From IMG/VR virus record IMGVR_UViG_3300006752_000020: a stretch of 64,000 nucleotides of DNA; one strand, 5' to 3'. The DNA is from an uncultured virus (IMG/VR IMGVR_UViG_3300006752_000020) (taxonomy: Duplodnaviria > Heunggongvirae > Uroviricota > Caudoviricetes). Shown piece by piece: positions 32,201-40,148 of the stretch. Below the pieces are notes generated by a model. It was not told the origin of the DNA. It was given only the letters and a program-made list of their open reading frames with translations, and made no database searches. Position numbers and translations under genes: made by a program. How positions within the stretch are numbered: the stretch's first letter is position 1; each line of letters starts with the position of its first letter.

Positions 32201-35200
32201 TGATCCAGGAGTATCTAAGAATGTATGAATTTTTTTAGTATAATTAGATCCCGATGGTTTTGTGTCACCCTTATTACCAACTTCTGCCAATCTAAAACTA
32301 GAACTATCAAGTTTCAATACTTGATATTGTTTATCACTACTCAGTCCAGTAATACTAGTAGTATCATATGTGTAATTTAGAATATCCCCATCAGAGAATC
32401 CATGATCCTCAAAATACACATAGTCTCTAAATGTATTGATACCAGTTGGTTTAACAAAAACATTTCTACTAGTATATCCTTCACCAGAATTCTCTACACT
32501 AATTCTACCAATAGTCTTTTTCTTTTCAAATGTTCTAAAAATGTGCTGACCACTATTAGCACTAGCAGCATCTTCTGAAATAGCAATGGTGCTAATACCA
32601 AGGACAGCATCAGACTTTGAATAATGTAAGAAAACAGAAAGGTCGCCAGATGTCCTTACATAGTAGTCTTGACCACTCATCAGGGTCAATTCATCTTTTA
32701 CTCCACCTGTAGTAGCGATACCTAAATTATTGTTACCATTATTATCATAAACAATTCTATTACCAGTTACTAGGTTATGTTTCTTGCCAAATGTAAACCT
32801 ATCATTAACAGCCTCTACATTGCCCCCTGAGATGGTGCTGATGCCTGCAAACTCAATCTGCCGGTATCTTTCCTCAAGAAGTGCTCTACCTCTTGCTCCA
32901 GTGCCATTACCGCCATAGATTTCTACACTGGTAACTTTATCAATATCAAACTCTACAGGATCAACAAATATATTGGAAACTGTACCTGCGATACTAACGA
33001 TTGCACCTGCAGTATTAGCTGCACTAACTGTGGAGTCTGTAATGGTAATACTAGGTGGGTTTTGGACATCATATCCAGTTCCACCACTTAAAATGTTAAT
33101 TGCCTTCAGAGGTCCATAGTAAACTGAATCTTCACCTTTGTAATTAAGAATTTCTAGACCATTGATGAGCATTCCAGTATTACCATCAGCAGTAATTTCT
33201 GAGGTAGTCTGCGCTTCTTTACCACTCTTAAGATCTTGTGCTAATGTAAATCTACGGATAGGTCTAGATGGAAAAATTTCCCGCTTACCCTGACTAGCAA
33301 GAATGAAATCATGTGTTCCAGCAATACCGGTAGGATTGAAATATTCTGGAAGATTTGCTTTGATAAAAGCTCGCGATGTATACAGTTCAATTCTATTGGC
33401 AGGACTTAATACTTTTACAAAATAATTTTTTTGCTCAAGACCAAGAATATTAACTGTTCCGGGTGATGGAACATAGGAAATTTCATCTCCCGTTCTAAAT
33501 GGAACATCGTTAGTAAATGCTAGGGTAGAGTATGCATCTTCTACACTGTAGTAGTTGTCAAAGTTTCCAAGAGCTACAGTAGGATCTACTAATGTAGATT
33601 TTAACTTGTCTACAGTAATTAAGTAACTGGGTAGTGAGCTAGAAGCTACATATGCTTCCCTCTTACCTGTTACAGACTCATTTTCAGTTTCAATATAAGA
33701 ATTATTAATGTCTGCCAGTAACTGATTTTGCCCACCTCTAATAGGAACATTAGAAGAATTTGCTTTTAATTGAACTCTACGAATATCGTAATATAATGTT
33801 GAGTTTAATGTGGGAATAGTGCCAGAAAGAGTAATTGTATTTGTGGTGGTGTTTACCGATGCTACGGTCAATCCTGTGGCTTCTACTAACTCTGAATTTC
33901 TATTAACTATTTCTACGGTATCATTTTTTCGGATACTACTCTTATCGATAGTCCCGGTTAAAACAAAACCAGATCCAGAGAATGAAGAAACCTCATATCT
34001 AGCAGCTGTATTGTACATCCAGGAGTTGAAAAATATATTCTCATATCCTTTATTGATTTCTGGGTTTTCAATTAACCTACCTAAGTTTCTAATCCTAATA
34101 GAAGAATCATCATCAAGGTTTTGAAGTGGTTGGTTAGCTAAGAACCTGCTGAGAACACCAGTAACCTTAAATTCTACTCTCTTAGATGAATCGCCGTTCT
34201 CAAATCCATAAACAGTATTAGGAGCAGAAATATCTGTATTATTTGGAACTGTTGTTGCAATTAATGGACTTACATCAAAGAATTGAGAAATACTCTTCTG
34301 TCCATAAGTATATGTTGTTGCACCAATAGACAGAGTTCCTGTACTAGAGAATCCAATAGTAGAATCTACAGTAATTACAGATGCACCAAGTCCAACTTCA
34401 CCAATATTGCGAGTTTTTCCGGGAACTACAAAAGTACCATCTGTTAGGCTTCGTTCATCAAAACCAGTAAAGAGTGAGATTTTAAAATAATTGTCTCGAA
34501 TATTAGAAACTTCGGAAATGGGACCAGATGCCGCATTAAACTTATCATTTAGTACATCGTTATCCTGATATAATGTTTCTCCGACAAGATTTGAAGGATT
34601 CCCGGAAATTAACTCAAGAGAGAGTGTTTTTCTACGAACATAGTTTGCATATGATGGCTTAATGAGATATTTCTCAAGATCATTGATTTTTGGATCAATG
34701 CCAAATAAAGCCTTAAATAAAATCTTAAAAGAATCCTCAGTTCCTTTTGATTCGTAAAGACTTCTAGCCTCTTTAATAAAATTATTGACATCTAACTGTG
34801 GCGATAGATTTACTCCCTCTAATCCGGGAGCATACATCGCTTTTAACTTTTTATAAAACTCTTTTAGAAAAAGAGCACTCACATTTTGAACATTTGTGCC
34901 AATAAGGTGTTCAGATGCTGTAGTTTGCTCCCAAACTAAATCGCTAGCATTATTAGGTGCAGTATAGGAACTAATCCCGCTGAACCCTCGCGTACATCCA
35001 ATAAAACTAGTTTCAGTCTTGTATTCATATCCAATAATTTCGGCATCAATCTTAATCAGACCATATTTTGAGGGATATCCATCTGTATTCTCTACAGTAA
35101 TGGTATCATCAGTCTCAGAACAAGATCCTGTCAGTTGTGTAGATCCTCTAATGACATCTACAGTAAGATTATCAATCTTAATGTAAGCATCAATGTTTTC

Positions 35201-35362
35201 AGCAATATCTGCAGGTCCACCTTGGTAATCCTGAGAGATATAATACTGTTTCAGGAATTCGGTAAAATTGGGATTTTCCGAGACCGCAAATTCGGGAATA
35301 GATTCCGAAACAGTCTGATAAGTTTTTACTCTTGGACTTAGTGGGGAGTTTGTCTCTATCAT
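23216..35362 (-). CDS. gp7: baseplate wedge initiator (T4 gp7-like, 4048 aa)
   Basis: FLKQYYISQ, LYESKGT..SFKILFKALFG, HSPIIGWAYDGNPIYGPYG, DNDYYQNMSY...HPSGMKNF; lies between gp6 and gp8. Confidence 0.85.
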   Translation of the reverse strand: MIETNSPLSPRVKTYQTVSESIPEFAVSENPNFTEFLKQYYISQDYQGGPADIAENIDAYIKIDNLTVDVIRGSTQLTGSCSETDDTITVENTDGYPSKYGLIKIDAEIIGYEYKTETSFIGCTRGFSGISSYTAPNNASDLVWEQTTASEHLIGTNVQNVSALFLKEFYKKLKAMYAPGLEGVNLSPQLDVNNFIKEARSLYESKGTEDSFKILFKALFGIDPKINDLEKYLIKPSYANYVRRKTLSLELISGNPSNLVGETLYQDNDVLNDKFNAASGPISEVSNIRDNYFKISLFTGFDERSLTDGTFVVPGKTRNIGEVGLGASVITVDSTIGFSSTGTLSIGATTYTYGQKSISQFFDVSPLIATTVPNNTDISAPNTVYGFENGDSSKRVEFKVTGVLSRFLANQPLQNLDDDSSIRIRNLGRLIENPEINKGYENIFFNSWMYNTAARYEVSSFSGSGFVLTGTIDKSSIRKNDTVEIVNRNSELVEATGLTVASVNTTTNTITLSGTIPTLNSTLYYDIRRVQLKANSSNVPIRGGQNQLLADINNSYIETENESVTGKREAYVASSSLPSYLITVDKLKSTLVDPTVALGNFDNYYSVEDAYSTLAFTNDVPFRTGDEISYVPSPGTVNILGLEQKNYFVKVLSPANRIELYTSRAFIKANLPEYFNPTGIAGTHDFILASQGKREIFPSRPIRRFTLAQDLKSGKEAQTTSEITADGNTGMLINGLEILNYKGEDSVYYGPLKAINILSGGTGYDVQNPPSITITDSTVSAANTAGAIVSIAGTVSNIFVDPVEFDIDKVTSVEIYGGNGTGARGRALLEERYRQIEFAGISTISGGNVEAVNDRFTFGKKHNLVTGNRIVYDNNGNNNLGIATTGGVKDELTLMSGQDYYVRTSGDLSVFLHYSKSDAVLGISTIAISEDAASANSGQHIFRTFEKKKTIGRISVENSGEGYTSRNVFVKPTGINTFRDYVYFEDHGFSDGDILNYTYDTTSITGLSSDKQYQVLKLDSSSFRLAEVGNKGDTKPSGSNYTKKIHTFLDTPGSGYQKFSYPPIECTVKVLTEDQTEQELVATPIVRGEIVDAVLYERGSNYGSTIINFQNPPKISVNRGSLGQIGLIFSNGRIISAFVQAGGSGYSGPPEIQVSSASSEANGAILRAIVNDNGSITEVKVISGGVGYASSTTTINIQPVGTNLRLEAALRPLVINKSFGLDPDELDYLAPYGVGVAVNYIGYGNTIRNFFGDDGSSHSPIIGWAYDGNPIYGPYGLKDSDNIQSDVKRQLSSYEIDANKIINRPPTSSFPYGSLIADYAYQGSGDLDEHNGKFTKTPDFPLGVYAYFATVDNINTPVFPYFIGDTFRSFAIPENTIRGLVIDQTNFDFENSKLVRNTFPYNIFGDGKAYDYVFQPYKTNNQESTPDNLGVGSITSIEVDFPGSGYSVLDTVVFDDTGTNGGGASAEVQEIYGVHINEVSSEQVSFTNVPFKVGRESVSFRVSPYHEFSENDFVRISGVSTYVQGIEDFHKITTPTYFTFLEQDGYSGIVTDLKVNRVPSNVSAGDSIGIGTETLRVINAFPTEKILRVERYAGFATASAGVAVTYFTSELNFPLTETTPVDSRFQELYYFNPKESVGVGTTVGISTAVNVSLNGVTKSRSILAQSIHIGQHGLKTNDLVTFSRNGNTSLTATDSISPYTTPSALPTSLYVVRKTSNTIGLKTAPDAPELFFTNSGDDIGNYFFNTNYAQQTANIDRGELTVQTSESHNLSINDKVSLVVRPGLTTGLGPNSDVVVKLLDGNLILNPFEVPTTGINTSDNTFTFTDHGLESGFKILAYGADGNEANLPENIFQRTYFVLKVDKNTFQLSESRAQLFLDPPEVVNLIGIGSTGQSINPINPPIKVTKNNNIVFNMNDPSLLGGKLKIFYDNNFFNEFVGSGTTDQLEVVGVNTVGLGTTTPSNVSKVTINYNKSITNELYYGFEKGGYMSTSDTEVNGYTKISFIDSSFNGRYTVTGVGDTTFTATLAFDAEKDGYSQDDCEDLFFTTTSIGATGGISKVRIINNGFGYQSIPAVTSIGSSGISANLNLIGPSINKLNNVTVPTDVYGYPSDNTLKPDAFLPRSVKVKNANRVIDVQVTFGGKSYLNAPSLALFDKSTGEIVNNGLITCDLSDSAVNSAKVVVQPRGLSGNDYGVAPLQNSNGISIIEAFSDVGVVTCKITTPILGYVNEPFVIGEVVFVEGIQFNGDGDGFNSGDYKFTNFVIDDYNSAVNPREVSFKYAGFTTNVGTGATVIPGFGQIVKAENLAQFSCDKAFSPFSKNEPLRRNNDLQNDLILRSIDVNTGIMVIEGSRPLEPDDLLVGTNSGDRAEVDIVTIFDGYYDIDSTIDANVGWSDNIGLIGDSNQFLPDNDYYQNMSYAIESDKTFEEIITYVNDIVHPSGMKNFANTQILSVGNAGDSTKPADDAGGFVLDFIGDPLRVDAIYKFDLSRDVNSADNVSKFLELKSTRLADFILNKTNRVLIHDDISPEFVSNESNDLSDDRTIAAAVAGRNFARYLIQTTHNAENPLNNQYQLNEVILVAVDGDTFLLQKSHMNNTNNVGLSTGYAEFFAFFNSNDNVSEVRIKPYETFDTNFDIKTFQQGFSADIGIGSTATGNVVNSSANVLVSSGATTEVVGFSTTTYVAGIGHFLVVDNVDNKIDYIELALQHDGTDTYLTELASFNNRQSLGGLSGPKFMGTFTSSIESGVVKINYVHQEGSTLAVRSKFVSFENVGLGTTTIRHLNLEFTPEGTERTARVIVGTSATTGISTVVGVSSFTNLSFKSTVHVSYGSTQTLHQIYVLSDPEKADTYISQQPIAAIGTTTGIGTFGAEFSGSNVNLEFYPDAGVSGMVSIYSYNEVLYKDLDPNGTLAGIGSFGYGNVFENVTQNTYLGINNRNLRTFDLKYQGIPIYERDLNPQNPNQIDFGSGLISFKHFFSNTEEVTYEPDSNIIGVAASALEYVTGYGSTVLPSTVFIVKNNNSQFFISTNITDARQGIAVTFQPGTSAGNKHRFTMNKRDEKSVIALNGIVQKPISFTSIIYDLDVAVNGIVTSFALSGLSTVTSGDLLKIEDEYSIVRTVGFATQPQGPITGIGTWSIVEIERGAVGSAKTDHAAGSVARIHRGSFQILNSQIHFTEAPLGGDLGIINPANLPYPRASFGGRTYLRDDYETNELFDDFSDQFDGLQNTFNLSATGAAVTGIGSTGGNGVLFINGIFQAPFGKNNEGVSNFKILEDPVSTAASVQFSGITSVGFTDLIIDEDDINQNQLPRGGIIVSVASTPGMGYAPFNGAAVRLEVGTGGTITNVTGVSTSGTAVNISTASYTSKTGIMTVTTATAHGLVLQNQVKLSGLAFTCGAAHAGVTTNIFPDHNDPFYVVGIISATTFKVQVGASTIPHAYVSGGTAAEFHPLTFGSGYNTNLGTIGIAITSPTGTGATITAVVGAGGSLVFNVVGPGTNYTEDNGLILPPEPNGENLPIVGVTRIGLGNTTITGVGCSVSIDIAGVSTATGIGSTYYQISNFQFSKKGYGFKRGDTFTVTGLSTDPFAGDDFRQFEIEVVDVFTDQVSSWQFGNIDYLDNIQPFQDGNQKRFLLYYQSSLVSFEIDRGDQDSKEIDLSAVLLIFINGVIQEPGINYTFDGGSVIEFNSAPTTEDNVVIFFYRGTIGQDSFLFDVNEVIKVGDNLRLQKSSQIELNQVDQSTENLAQSANRIVKRVDSAATVETAFYRGVGISNDNYKPMDWIKQKKDILIDGSLVSKARDSLEAQINPIASVIGVVSTTDSFIFTDTTALFRDTDDLLTGSFSLAYIAPVGFGTTAVYGSNYENITGIEPLVANVQGFVGVVTGIGTCPGIGTDLALQIQFDAQDYVNDGNSTAGLLVGQPIKLYGSGINTAGAAVTSIDTHDTDIVGISTFNGDNIYYVHAVSTRNGGRVGVLTCNIASYTDTSDFVGVGSTAGPYCEFTWGKFSNVTRDATNAVYADIKGLTFDPQLTNYPIVQRRGAGLRGTGGLPKIL

Positions 35363-35363
35363 C

Positions 35364-37283
35364 CTACTGTCTAATTAGCGATCCGTTGGAGTAACTGGAT
35401 GTGATTTGATAACCAATACCAGAAATTTGTTGGCCAGAGGAAATCGTGTCTCTCACGATATTTATCTCCGAATTTGATAGATCTAGACTCAGGTAAATAT
35501 CCTTAAGTCCAATAACATCATTCGACTCTGGGAATGCCTGTACTTCAATAATATTATCTCCAGCTGTAGTAGTGTTGATAGTAACTGCATTGAGTAAAAT
35601 CTCACCTTTTAAATAATCTACAGTACCTGCAGATTTAATAACAACTTCTGCAGATTCTCCTTCTAACTTTGCTGGTTTAAAAATTGCAATATCGCCATAT
35701 CTACCATCATCTCTAGGAATATCAGTTAGATATACAAATTCGGGGTCTCCAGCAATCGTAAATCCACTAGACTTAACGGTTCCACCACCTGCTAAGATAT
35801 GGAATTGATTTCCAAAGCATAATTCATATTGTGCAGTCGTATTTACAAGAACTTTAAGGTCTCTACGGATTGTAACTTTTGTAATATTGGAAGTAATTGA
35901 ATTATTCGTCTTATCAATAATACTTTGCGATTCAGAATACTTAAATCTACCGCCAAACTTATTCAGATTTGTAGAATTACCATAAGTTGTCAATGATTGA
36001 ATAACTTCTGCCTTTAATTCGTTCGCATCATCAAAAATAGTGTTGTTATAGTAAGCAGTAGTGTCCAATTCAATGTATAGAACTTTAAGATCTTCAATTC
36101 TTTGGTTAATACCTGCAATAGAATAACTTTTAAGGTCGTTCAGGATGTTCTGCTTAGTAAAATCAGATAAAAATGTGCCATTTACTGGTTTGATACTTAA
36201 AACAACAGTTCCAAACTCTGGAGGATCTAATTCTTCACCACCAACGACAGAAACTGACTCAGTATTGGGATAAATCTTTTGAATAATAGCTTCATAGTCC
36301 CTTGGTGTAACCGCTCTGTTCTGTGCGGAGTACAATCTAGGAGCAAAGTATCGTACAGAGTCAATTGCTTCAATCTCAGCGCCATTACGGGCAGTCTGAG
36401 AAGTAGTTACGCTGATTATATTTGTCGATATTAACGAATTATTTGAATCATCTTGCACATCACCGGAAAAAGTGAAATTTTTCCCTTCATTACCAAATTT
36501 TCCATCAGTAGTGATGTAATTAATTTCAATTGTATCGCCTTGTTCTAGTTTTGATCCAAAAAGACCATCTCCAAACAGTAATTCATATGTTTCGTTCGGT
36601 GATTCTTGAATTAAGAAGATATTTGAGTCTTTTGTAACATTGATAATGTTATCAACCTTAGAAAATGACAGTCCTGCAGTAGCTCCAGACTTTTTAACAT
36701 TCACCGTAAGGGTATCAATATCAACATTTGAGTTTTCAATGATAAATCTTTGATCAGTACTACCGTTTACTACCCAAGACTTGCCTAATAGGGATCCTTG
36801 ATAGACTGTAATATTATTAAACGATGCTGTGCGAGGAGGATTTGACCCAACTACGCCTCCAGCATCAATTGGACTCGTTGCAACGATGTCTTCTGGAATA
36901 GAAAAGACATAAGAAGTCTTTTCAACACTACCAACTAATACTAATCCTTTCTTTAAACTAACAGTTGTGCTATTTCCATTGAATTTATAGTCAAAACTAA
37001 TGATCGCTTCTGCTGCTTTACGCGATCTAGGGACATATCCAATGTTTCTTGCAAGAGAAACTACATTTTCTCTTAAAGTTGCCGAGTCTAAGAAGGATTC
37101 ATTAGCAACCATGTTGCTGTTGAATGCTGTCAGGTAAGTATTATATGCTAAAACATCAATTAACAGCGAAATATTTGACCCTTCAAAGTCAAAATCAGAG
37201 AATTCTGAGTTAGACCTCAAATAATCTTTGATCGAACTCTTAATTTGATCAAAATTTAGGTTGGTATACTTAAATGATGGCAT
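35364..37283 (-). CDS. gp6: baseplate wedge subunit (T4 gp6-like)
   Basis: LNFDQIK..DFDFEGS..LAYNT..NESFLDSATLRENVVSLARNIGYVPRS; QNRAVTPRDY. Confidence 0.95.
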   Translation of the reverse strand: MPSFKYTNLNFDQIKSSIKDYLRSNSEFSDFDFEGSNISLLIDVLAYNTYLTAFNSNMVANESFLDSATLRENVVSLARNIGYVPRSRKAAEAIISFDYKFNGNSTTVSLKKGLVLVGSVEKTSYVFSIPEDIVATSPIDAGGVVGSNPPRTASFNNITVYQGSLLGKSWVVNGSTDQRFIIENSNVDIDTLTVNVKKSGATAGLSFSKVDNIINVTKDSNIFLIQESPNETYELLFGDGLFGSKLEQGDTIEINYITTDGKFGNEGKNFTFSGDVQDDSNNSLISTNIISVTTSQTARNGAEIEAIDSVRYFAPRLYSAQNRAVTPRDYEAIIQKIYPNTESVSVVGGEELDPPEFGTVVLSIKPVNGTFLSDFTKQNILNDLKSYSIAGINQRIEDLKVLYIELDTTAYYNNTIFDDANELKAEVIQSLTTYGNSTNLNKFGGRFKYSESQSIIDKTNNSITSNITKVTIRRDLKVLVNTTAQYELCFGNQFHILAGGGTVKSSGFTIAGDPEFVYLTDIPRDDGRYGDIAIFKPAKLEGESAEVVIKSAGTVDYLKGEILLNAVTINTTTAGDNIIEVQAFPESNDVIGLKDIYLSLDLSNSEINIVRDTISSGQQISGIGYQITSSYSNGSLIRQ

Positions 37284-37287
37284 TTTT

Positions 37288-37686
37288 TTACCTAGTTGGC
37301 TCTAAAAGAAATTCAAATTCTTGTCTTTGAAACTCATCACCAATAATATCGTAACTAATTAGGATATCGAAAGCATTTCCATCAGGATTTGGACTTACTA
37401 CAACCTTAGTTCCTGCTATCCTACCTTCAAAAGTTTTCAGTACATCAAAGATTTGTTGAGAAATTAGGTTTGCAGTACCAAAATCAACAAAATCAAACAA
37501 CGAGCTATTAATATCTGTGCCAACTGTTCCCCGGAAAGGTCTCTCCCCAGGGATTGTTTGTACTAAATTCCTTACGGCCCGTTTGATTGCGTCCTCATTC
37601 CTTAAAACTTGGATATCACCAGTAACAGGGTGTGCTTTAAAGGACAAACTAATGTCTTGAAAAGCCCGTGAATTGGTTTCAGCCAC
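37288..37686 (-). CDS. gp25: baseplate wedge subunit (T4 gp25-like)
   Basis: DISLSFKAHPVTGD..NEDAIKRAVRNLVQTIPGERPF; GTG start. Confidence 0.93.
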   Translation of the reverse strand: MAETNSRAFQDISLSFKAHPVTGDIQVLRNEDAIKRAVRNLVQTIPGERPFRGTVGTDINSSLFDFVDFGTANLISQQIFDVLKTFEGRIAGTKVVVSPNPDGNAFDILISYDIIGDEFQRQEFEFLLEPTR

Positions 37687-37709
37687 GAATCGACACTATA
37701 TATCGATAT

Positions 37710-37717
37710 TATTTATA
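37710..37717 (-). promoter_or_regulatory. T4 late promoter TATAAATA
   Basis: Exact consensus 24 nt upstream of gp25. Confidence 0.78.
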
Positions 37718-37718
37718 G

Positions 37719-37868
37719 TCACTCTTGGAGAAGATCAGGTTCTGTCTCATCATTTTTATAATCACCTGCTACTTCACGAAGAATTTTGTCTGATTTTTTA
37801 CGATCAGTCTTAACTCCCCAGGAACCACCGACACCACCGTCCATATTTACAATAAGATCGTCATCCAT
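37719..37868 (-). CDS. small hypothetical protein (49 aa), not in ORF track
   Basis: Own translation MDDDLIVNMDGGVGGSWGVKTDRKKSDKILREVAGDYKNDETEPDLLQE; AATAAATA motif at 37894-37901 upstream. Confidence 0.6.
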   Translation of the reverse strand: MDDDLIVNMDGGVGGSWGVKTDRKKSDKILREVAGDYKNDETEPDLLQE

Positions 37869-37896
37869 TTTTGTTACTATAATATTGTAAGATTAT

Positions 37897-38550
37897 TTAT
37901 TGCTCTTTCTCTGATTCTGTTTCCCAGAAATATTCATCAGTATCTCCTAGTCTACCCCATCTAACACCATTCTCTACCTGAAAGTAATGTGTACTTACTT
38001 TGAAGTCTGGTATAAGTGGTTCTTCGGGTGTAATAGACAAGTCAAAGATTCGTGTTCGGTTGTTGGGATACAAGCAAAATTGACCATTCTCAAGCTCAAT
38101 ACAGTTATGTGACTTATGTTCGTCAGGAATTTCGCTAACATTAGTATTTGTGGTGTCTATGTCTGGATGAAAGTTATCTAAGGTGAAGCAGTATTCGCCG
38201 TTAAGGGTGCCGAAGTTGCGTGTGCGTACTTGGAAGTCCATTGACCCGATAAACTGCTTCTCAAGGCATCTAACCCCATAGTCCATACAGTTCCAGAACT
38301 GAAGGTTAGGGAGATCCAGATCAGGCGTCGGCGTTTCGGGACGCGAGCAAAAGGCGGAAATTGGAAGCTTGTCAAACATTGCTGCATACTTAGGTAAGTA
38401 TGTCTCAAAATAAAAAGCGCGTCCAGGTATCGATTTACACGATACCCAAACGCCCTCTACAAACTCACCAAATCCATCTTGGAAATCTCTAAGGTATTCT
38501 TTACGAACCCAGACTTTCTGTGGTGGAAGATTGATGATTAATTGACTCAT
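37897..38550 (-). CDS. conserved cyanophage hypothetical protein
   Basis: 217-aa ORF; WVRKEYL, DKLPISAF, QFWNC, EHKSHN, YPNNR. Confidence 0.8.
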   Translation of the reverse strand: MSQLIINLPPQKVWVRKEYLRDFQDGFGEFVEGVWVSCKSIPGRAFYFETYLPKYAAMFDKLPISAFCSRPETPTPDLDLPNLQFWNCMDYGVRCLEKQFIGSMDFQVRTRNFGTLNGEYCFTLDNFHPDIDTTNTNVSEIPDEHKSHNCIELENGQFCLYPNNRTRIFDLSITPEEPLIPDFKVSTHYFQVENGVRWGRLGDTDEYFWETESEKEQ

Positions 38551-38704
38551 TTTCTATTGTCCAACTTGGAGGATGAAAAGCACAATACTCATTGAATGTG
38601 ATCTTCATTTCTTTATTAGTTAGGTTAGCATTCCTAGCAGCCTTCGGTAAGTTCCACTTAGCAGAGAATAACATCTCCATGGATTCACGAGTCTCTACTC
38701 TCAC
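38501..38704 (-). CDS. hypothetical protein
   Basis: ORF track; GTGA overlap with the upstream small ORF. Confidence 0.6.
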   Translation of the reverse strand: MRVETRESMEMLFSAKWNLPKAARNANLTNKEMKITFNEYCAFHPPSWTIENESINHQSSTTESLGS

Positions 38705-38847
38705 TTACCTTGACCCCGATACCTCTTCTTACGAGCGTTCGCGCTCGTGGCGCTAAGTTTTGTATGCTTGCCAGTACCTTGACGAGTTTTTTTGGGGGTG
38801 GCTTCGATAAATGATCCACCGCTCAATGATTTGCTGATTTTAGCCAT
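38701..38847 (-). CDS. small very basic protein (48 aa), not in ORF track
   Basis: Own translation MAKISKSLSGGSFIEATPKKTRQGTGKHTKLSATSANARKKRYRGQGK. Confidence 0.7.
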   Translation of the reverse strand: MAKISKSLSGGSFIEATPKKTRQGTGKHTKLSATSANARKKRYRGQGK

Positions 38848-39013
38848 AATGATTCAATTCTTTCATAGTGTGTGAAATTCTATCAGGATGAGGACGCCCT
38901 GTCTGATAATAAGAGTAGGCGTAATCATCCATTATATCTAAGAACTCGTCTTCACTCAAATCGGTGTGCGTCTCAGCACCATTGATATAGATTGTGTAGA
39001 CTGTCAGTGCCAT
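38840..39013 (-). CDS. small hypothetical protein (57 aa), not in ORF track
   Basis: Own translation MALTVYTIYINGAETHTDLSEDEFLDIMDDYAYSYYQTGRPHPDRISHTMKELNHYG; TGATG coupling. Confidence 0.65.
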   Translation of the reverse strand: MALTVYTIYINGAETHTDLSEDEFLDIMDDYAYSYYQTGRPHPDRISHTMKELNHYG

Positions 39014-39768
39014 CAGATAACACGCATTTTCTCGTGACCAACTCTGATACGAGGATCACACCAGATCTCGATTCCTGCTTCGATAGCATCCAGACAGAAA
39101 CTCACATCCTCTCCACACATGTCCTGGACATCCCCAGACTCGAAGACTTGCATCTTGGGTGCAAACCATGGATACTTCATTTCAGCATGCTCAAAGACGC
39201 CGTGCTTGATGAGTACCCATCCGAAACCTGTGTAGTCTACGGTGAAGGGCTTCTTACGCTTGGACATCGTTTCACCAGTCTCATGATTCATGACACCACC
39301 GTTGTTACGGAAGTCGCCTTCATCCAACCAGTGAGCAACAGATGTAGTACGACCATCTTCAGTCATGTACCAACCAGCTGCAATCTGTTGATCCATAAGA
39401 ACCAACTGCAAGAACTTCTCAGTATTGAATACAATATCAGAGTCGATCCACAACTGATAGTCATACTTCAGTTTACCATCCCAGGGAATCTGGTCCGGTC
39501 CACGCAGTACATTTGCTCCAAGACACTTACAACGAGCAAAGTTTACCATGCTGCTGTAGTCTTGTGAAATCTGAATACTCGCGCCCATCTGTACTAAGTC
39601 GAAACTTAGCTGCAGGAACGACTTCATGAATTGATATGAACAACCCCTACCAGGAAGACAGAATACAATTGCTTTACCCCTAAGCATCTCACGGGCAGCA
39701 TCATAATCCCATTCTGGTTCTTCTTTCTTCTGGGGCGCTTTTGCTTTTACAGTAAATCCTTTAGCCAT
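39013..39768 (-). CDS. GT-A fold glycosyltransferase-like protein
   Basis: DYQLWIDSDIVF (DxD), VDYTGFGWVLIK, GEDVSFC, DPRIRVGHEK. Confidence 0.82.
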   Translation of the reverse strand: MAKGFTVKAKAPQKKEEPEWDYDAAREMLRGKAIVFCLPGRGCSYQFMKSFLQLSFDLVQMGASIQISQDYSSMVNFARCKCLGANVLRGPDQIPWDGKLKYDYQLWIDSDIVFNTEKFLQLVLMDQQIAAGWYMTEDGRTTSVAHWLDEGDFRNNGGVMNHETGETMSKRKKPFTVDYTGFGWVLIKHGVFEHAEMKYPWFAPKMQVFESGDVQDMCGEDVSFCLDAIEAGIEIWCDPRIRVGHEKMRVI

Positions 39769-39789
39769 AACGATTAATTACGCTTCATC

Positions 39790-39818
39790 ATTCTAACAGT
39801 TTATATAGTCCTAGTCAA
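39790..39818 (-). promoter_or_regulatory. sigma70-type promoter TTGACT-N17-TAGAAT
   Basis: Read on - strand; 22 nt upstream of the glycosyltransferase ATG. Confidence 0.65.
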
Positions 39819-39982
39819 TAGGACGCATCTTGATCAATATCGCCCCTGACCATCTCAACTTCGTGATCTGTCAGGTCGATTTCACTACTCTTAATCTTTT
39901 CCTTAAATTGCTCTGGAGTGAGATTGGCAAAGATACATTTATCTCCTGAATACACATGAAAGATAGTCTCAGTCTTCGTCAT
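39815..39982 (-). CDS. small hypothetical protein (55 aa), not in ORF track
   Basis: Own translation MTKTETIFHVYSGDKCIFANLTPEQFKEKIKSSEIDLTDHEVEMVRGDIDQDASY. Confidence 0.65.
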   Translation of the reverse strand: MTKTETIFHVYSGDKCIFANLTPEQFKEKIKSSEIDLTDHEVEMVRGDIDQDASY

Positions 39983-40148
39983 ATTTTTCTTCTAGGAAGA
40001 TCCCATCTACATCAAGATTTAACGCAATCTCAGTACCCTCGTACCAATCTAATTCATTGCAAAAAGTCTCTGGCAAACTCACGATATATTCATCAGTCAC
40101 AGGGTCGATCCTTACACTGGATATAATTCTGTGAGATTTTTTTTCCAT
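39969..40148 (-). CDS. AbrB/MazE-like swapped-hairpin protein (59 aa), not in ORF track
   Basis: Own translation MEKKSHRIISSVRIDPVTDEYIVSLPETFCNELDWYEGTEIALNLDVDGIFLEEKYDED; the IVSLP..F...L.W.EG..I pattern is AbrB-like. Confidence 0.65.
   Translation of the reverse strand: MEKKSHRIISSVRIDPVTDEYIVSLPETFCNELDWYEGTEIALNLDVDGIFLEEKYDED

Noticed and set aside
38992..39567. 191-aa + strand ORF opposite the glycosyltransferase
   Set aside because: Almost entirely antisense to a well-supported gene and has no recognisable features
39772..39790. Partial match (ATGAAGCG..TTAATCG on the - strand) to the repeated hairpin
   Set aside because: Short, lacks the full stem, and could be chance
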